From assembly GCA_963843575.1 (NCBI GenBank), contig CAWJKZ010000025.1, positions 224,001-288,000 on the forward strand: a DNA stretch of 64,000 bases. The letters run 5' to 3'. Under the pieces are notes generated by a model. That model had not been told where the DNA came from, made no database searches, and saw only the letters and a list, made by a program, of their open reading frames with translations. Positions 61,842 through 64,000 of the stretch are shown here, in pieces. Numbering within the stretch: position 1 is the first letter of the stretch; every line of letters starts with the position of its first letter. Origin of the DNA: an uncultured Acidobacteriota bacterium (lineage in GTDB: Bacteria > Acidobacteriota > UBA6911). A program made the translations under genes and the position numbers.

Positions 61842-64000
61842 ATGAGATCGAGACACTACGCTCTTCTTTTCACCCTCGCGCTCTGCCTCGTGCCTGCGAC
61901 GCTTCCGGCACAGGTGGACACCGGTACCATAGTCGGCACCGTGAAGGACTCGACTGGGGGCGTACTCCCCGATGCCGTCGTCGTCGTGACCAACGTGGGC
62001 ACGGGGACAAAAACGACCCTGAGGACGGGGCCCGACGGCACCTTTGTGGCCACCCCGCTCAAGATCGGGGGCTATGCTATCTCGGTGGAGGCCCAGGGCT
62101 TCAAAACGGAAACCCGCAAGAACATCGTGTTGCAGGTCCAGGATCGGCTCAGGGTGGATTTCGAGCTCCAGGTGGGGGATATCAAGGACCAGGTGGTCGT
62201 CGAAGATGCGCCGCCCCTTCTGCAGACCGAAACCTCGTCGCTCGGCGACGTCATCAGCAGCTCCCAGGTGACGTCTCTCCCGCTCAACGGCCGCGACTAC
62301 ACGCTGTTGGCCACCCTGACCGCCGGGGTCTCCAGGACGGATCTCGGGGACAACGGCAACAACGGGGGAAGCTTCGCCTCGAACGGGGCGCGCGCCACGC
62401 TGAACAACTTCCTGCTCGACGGGATCGACAACAACTCGAACGATAACGGGCGGAACGTCCTGCAGACCAGCGTCGACGCCATCGCCGAGTTCAAGGTCCA
62501 GACCAACTCCTACTCCGCCGAATTCGGGCGAAGCGGGGGAGCCGTCATCAACGCGACGATCAAGTCCGGCTCGAACGATTTTCACGGGTCGGTGTTCGAA
62601 TTCCTCCGCAACTCCGCCCTGGACGCCCGCGACTATTTCGCCGATCCGAACTCGTCGAAGCCGTTGTTCCAGTTGAACCAGTTCGGCGGGACCATCGGGG
62701 GCCCCATCATCCGGAACAAGACGTTCTTCTTCGCGGACTACCAGGGCAGTATCTTGAATGACGGCCAGACCATAATCTCGACCGTGCCCATGCCAGCCGA
62801 GCGGAACGGCGATTTCTCCGGATCCGGCGTGAACATCTATGACCCGGCGACCACCGATGCGGCCAACGGCAACGCCAGGCAACAGTTCACGAACAACCAG
62901 ATCCCGGCCAGCCGCTTCGATCCCGTCGCGAAGGCGTTCATGGACCTCTATCCGGACCCGAACGTGGCCGGCGCCGTGCGCAACAACTACATCACCACCG
63001 GGAAATTCACGGACAAGGTCCACTCGACCAACCTCCGGCTCGATCACAGCTTCTCCCAGAACAACCAGCTGTTTGGCCGCTTTGCCTATAACAAACAGCA
63101 CACGGAGACCCCGGCGCCGCTTCCGGGGCTGGCGAACGGCGGCGGCTCCCGCACCGGCGACACCTTCATCAACGCCGAGGGCGTGTCCATCGGCGACACC
63201 CACACGCTGAATCCGTCGACCATCAACGAACTGCGCATCGGCTTCACGCGTCTCAAGGAAGACCGCGGCCTCCCCTTCGACGGCCAGAACTTCCCCGCGG
63301 CTGCACTGCGGGTCCCCGGCGTACCGGACAACCCGACGACCAACGGGCTCGCGGCGCTGCAGCCCGGCGGATACCGCAGGGTGGGGGATCCGTCCTTTTC
63401 CCCGACCCTGATCACGACCTACGAATCCCAGCTCTCGGACACCCTGAGCATGATCCGCGGGACCCACACGATCAAGTTCGGGGTTCAGCTCCGCCGCAGC
63501 CAGTTCAACATCTTCCAGGTAAACGCCCCGCGCGGCCGCCTTTCCTTCAACGGCCGGTTCACGCGCGATCCCGTCTCGGGCGATGGCGGGCAGGCCCTCG
63601 CAGACATGCTCCTTGGGCTCACCAACACGGCACGGCTCTCCTCGCTCAGCGACCTGGGGAACCGGCAGGCCTCTTACGGCACGTTCATCATGGACGACTG
63701 GAAGGCCACGCCTCACCTGACCCTGAACCTCGGCCTGCGCTACGACTACACCCAGCCCATCGTCGAGGTCCACGACGAACAGGCGAACCTCGATTTCGCC
63801 ACGGGCGAGATCATCGTGCCGGATCTCAGCAAGATCACGGATCCCGGGAAATTCAAGTTCAAGCAGGGGAAGAACCGCGGGCTGGTCGACGGGGACAAGC
63901 TGAACTTCGCCCCCCGGGTCGGCTTCGCCTGGACGCCCTTTGCCGGGGGCAAGATGGTCATCCGCGGCGGCTACGGGATCTACTACAGCGCCCAGGAGTA
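61842..64000 (+). CDS. TonB-dependent receptor with carboxypeptidase-regulatory-like N-domain (runs off the window)
   Basis: Manual translation MRSRHYALLFTLALCLVPATLPAQVDTGTIVGTVKDSTG...LPLNGRDY...SAEFGRSGG...TIKSGSNDFHGS.FEFLRN..LDAR. Confidence 0.92.
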   Translation, partial: MRSRHYALLFTLALCLVPATLPAQVDTGTIVGTVKDSTGGVLPDAVVVVTNVGTGTKTTLRTGPDGTFVATPLKIGGYAISVEAQGFKTETRKNIVLQVQDRLRVDFELQVGDIKDQVVVEDAPPLLQTETSSLGDVISSSQVTSLPLNGRDYTLLATLTAGVSRTDLGDNGNNGGSFASNGARATLNNFLLDGIDNNSNDNGRNVLQTSVDAIAEFKVQTNSYSAEFGRSGGAVINATIKSGSNDFHGSVFEFLRNSALDARDYFADPNSSKPLFQLNQFGGTIGGPIIRNKTFFFADYQGSILNDGQTIISTVPMPAERNGDFSGSGVNIYDPATTDAANGNARQQFTNNQIPASRFDPVAKAFMDLYPDPNVAGAVRNNYITTGKFTDKVHSTNLRLDHSFSQNNQLFGRFAYNKQHTETPAPLPGLANGGGSRTGDTFINAEGVSIGDTHTLNPSTINELRIGFTRLKEDRGLPFDGQNFPAAALRVPGVPDNPTTNGLAALQPGGYRRVGDPSFSPTLITTYESQLSDTLSMIRGTHTIKFGVQLRRSQFNIFQVNAPRGRLSFNGRFTRDPVSGDGGQALADMLLGLTNTARLSSLSDLGNRQASYGTFIMDDWKATPHLTLNLGLRYDYTQPIVEVHDEQANLDFATGEIIVPDLSKITDPGKFKFKQGKNRGLVDGDKLNFAPRVGFAWTPFAGGKMVIRGGYGIYYSAQE

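Overview
High-GC bacterial DNA, most likely Acidobacteriota (inferred from an ADOP-type duplicated permease, an acidobacterial-style TonB-dependent receptor, Hanks-kinase fragments and many Tat-exported sugar enzymes). It holds housekeeping genes (gpsA, cyclophilin, gap, uup, a 5-domain S1 protein, rpiB) among carbohydrate and sulfate catabolic genes (GH36, GH42-like, GH127, GH43, sulfatases, PQQ dehydrogenase, lactonase). There is a decayed accessory segment at about 32.7-40.3 kb (VapBC, an ISL3 remnant, gene fragments) and at least three families of intergenic palindromic repeats. Several genes carry single-base frameshifts that look like sequencing indels. The top finding is a probable secreted selenoprotein missed by the ORF track: 51547..53019 has a signal peptide, an in-frame TGA at the first position of a thioredoxin-type UxxC motif (T-U-P-I-C), a SECIS-like hairpin directly downstream, and Omp28-like plus C-terminal beta-rich domains. 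Also notable are a candidate RSPP ribosome-arrest leader controlling a 39-aa membrane peptide and a GAPDH of the trypanosomatid-glycosomal/Treponema type. No rRNA, tRNA or CRISPR array was seen. All family assignments come from motif recognition by eye, not database searches.
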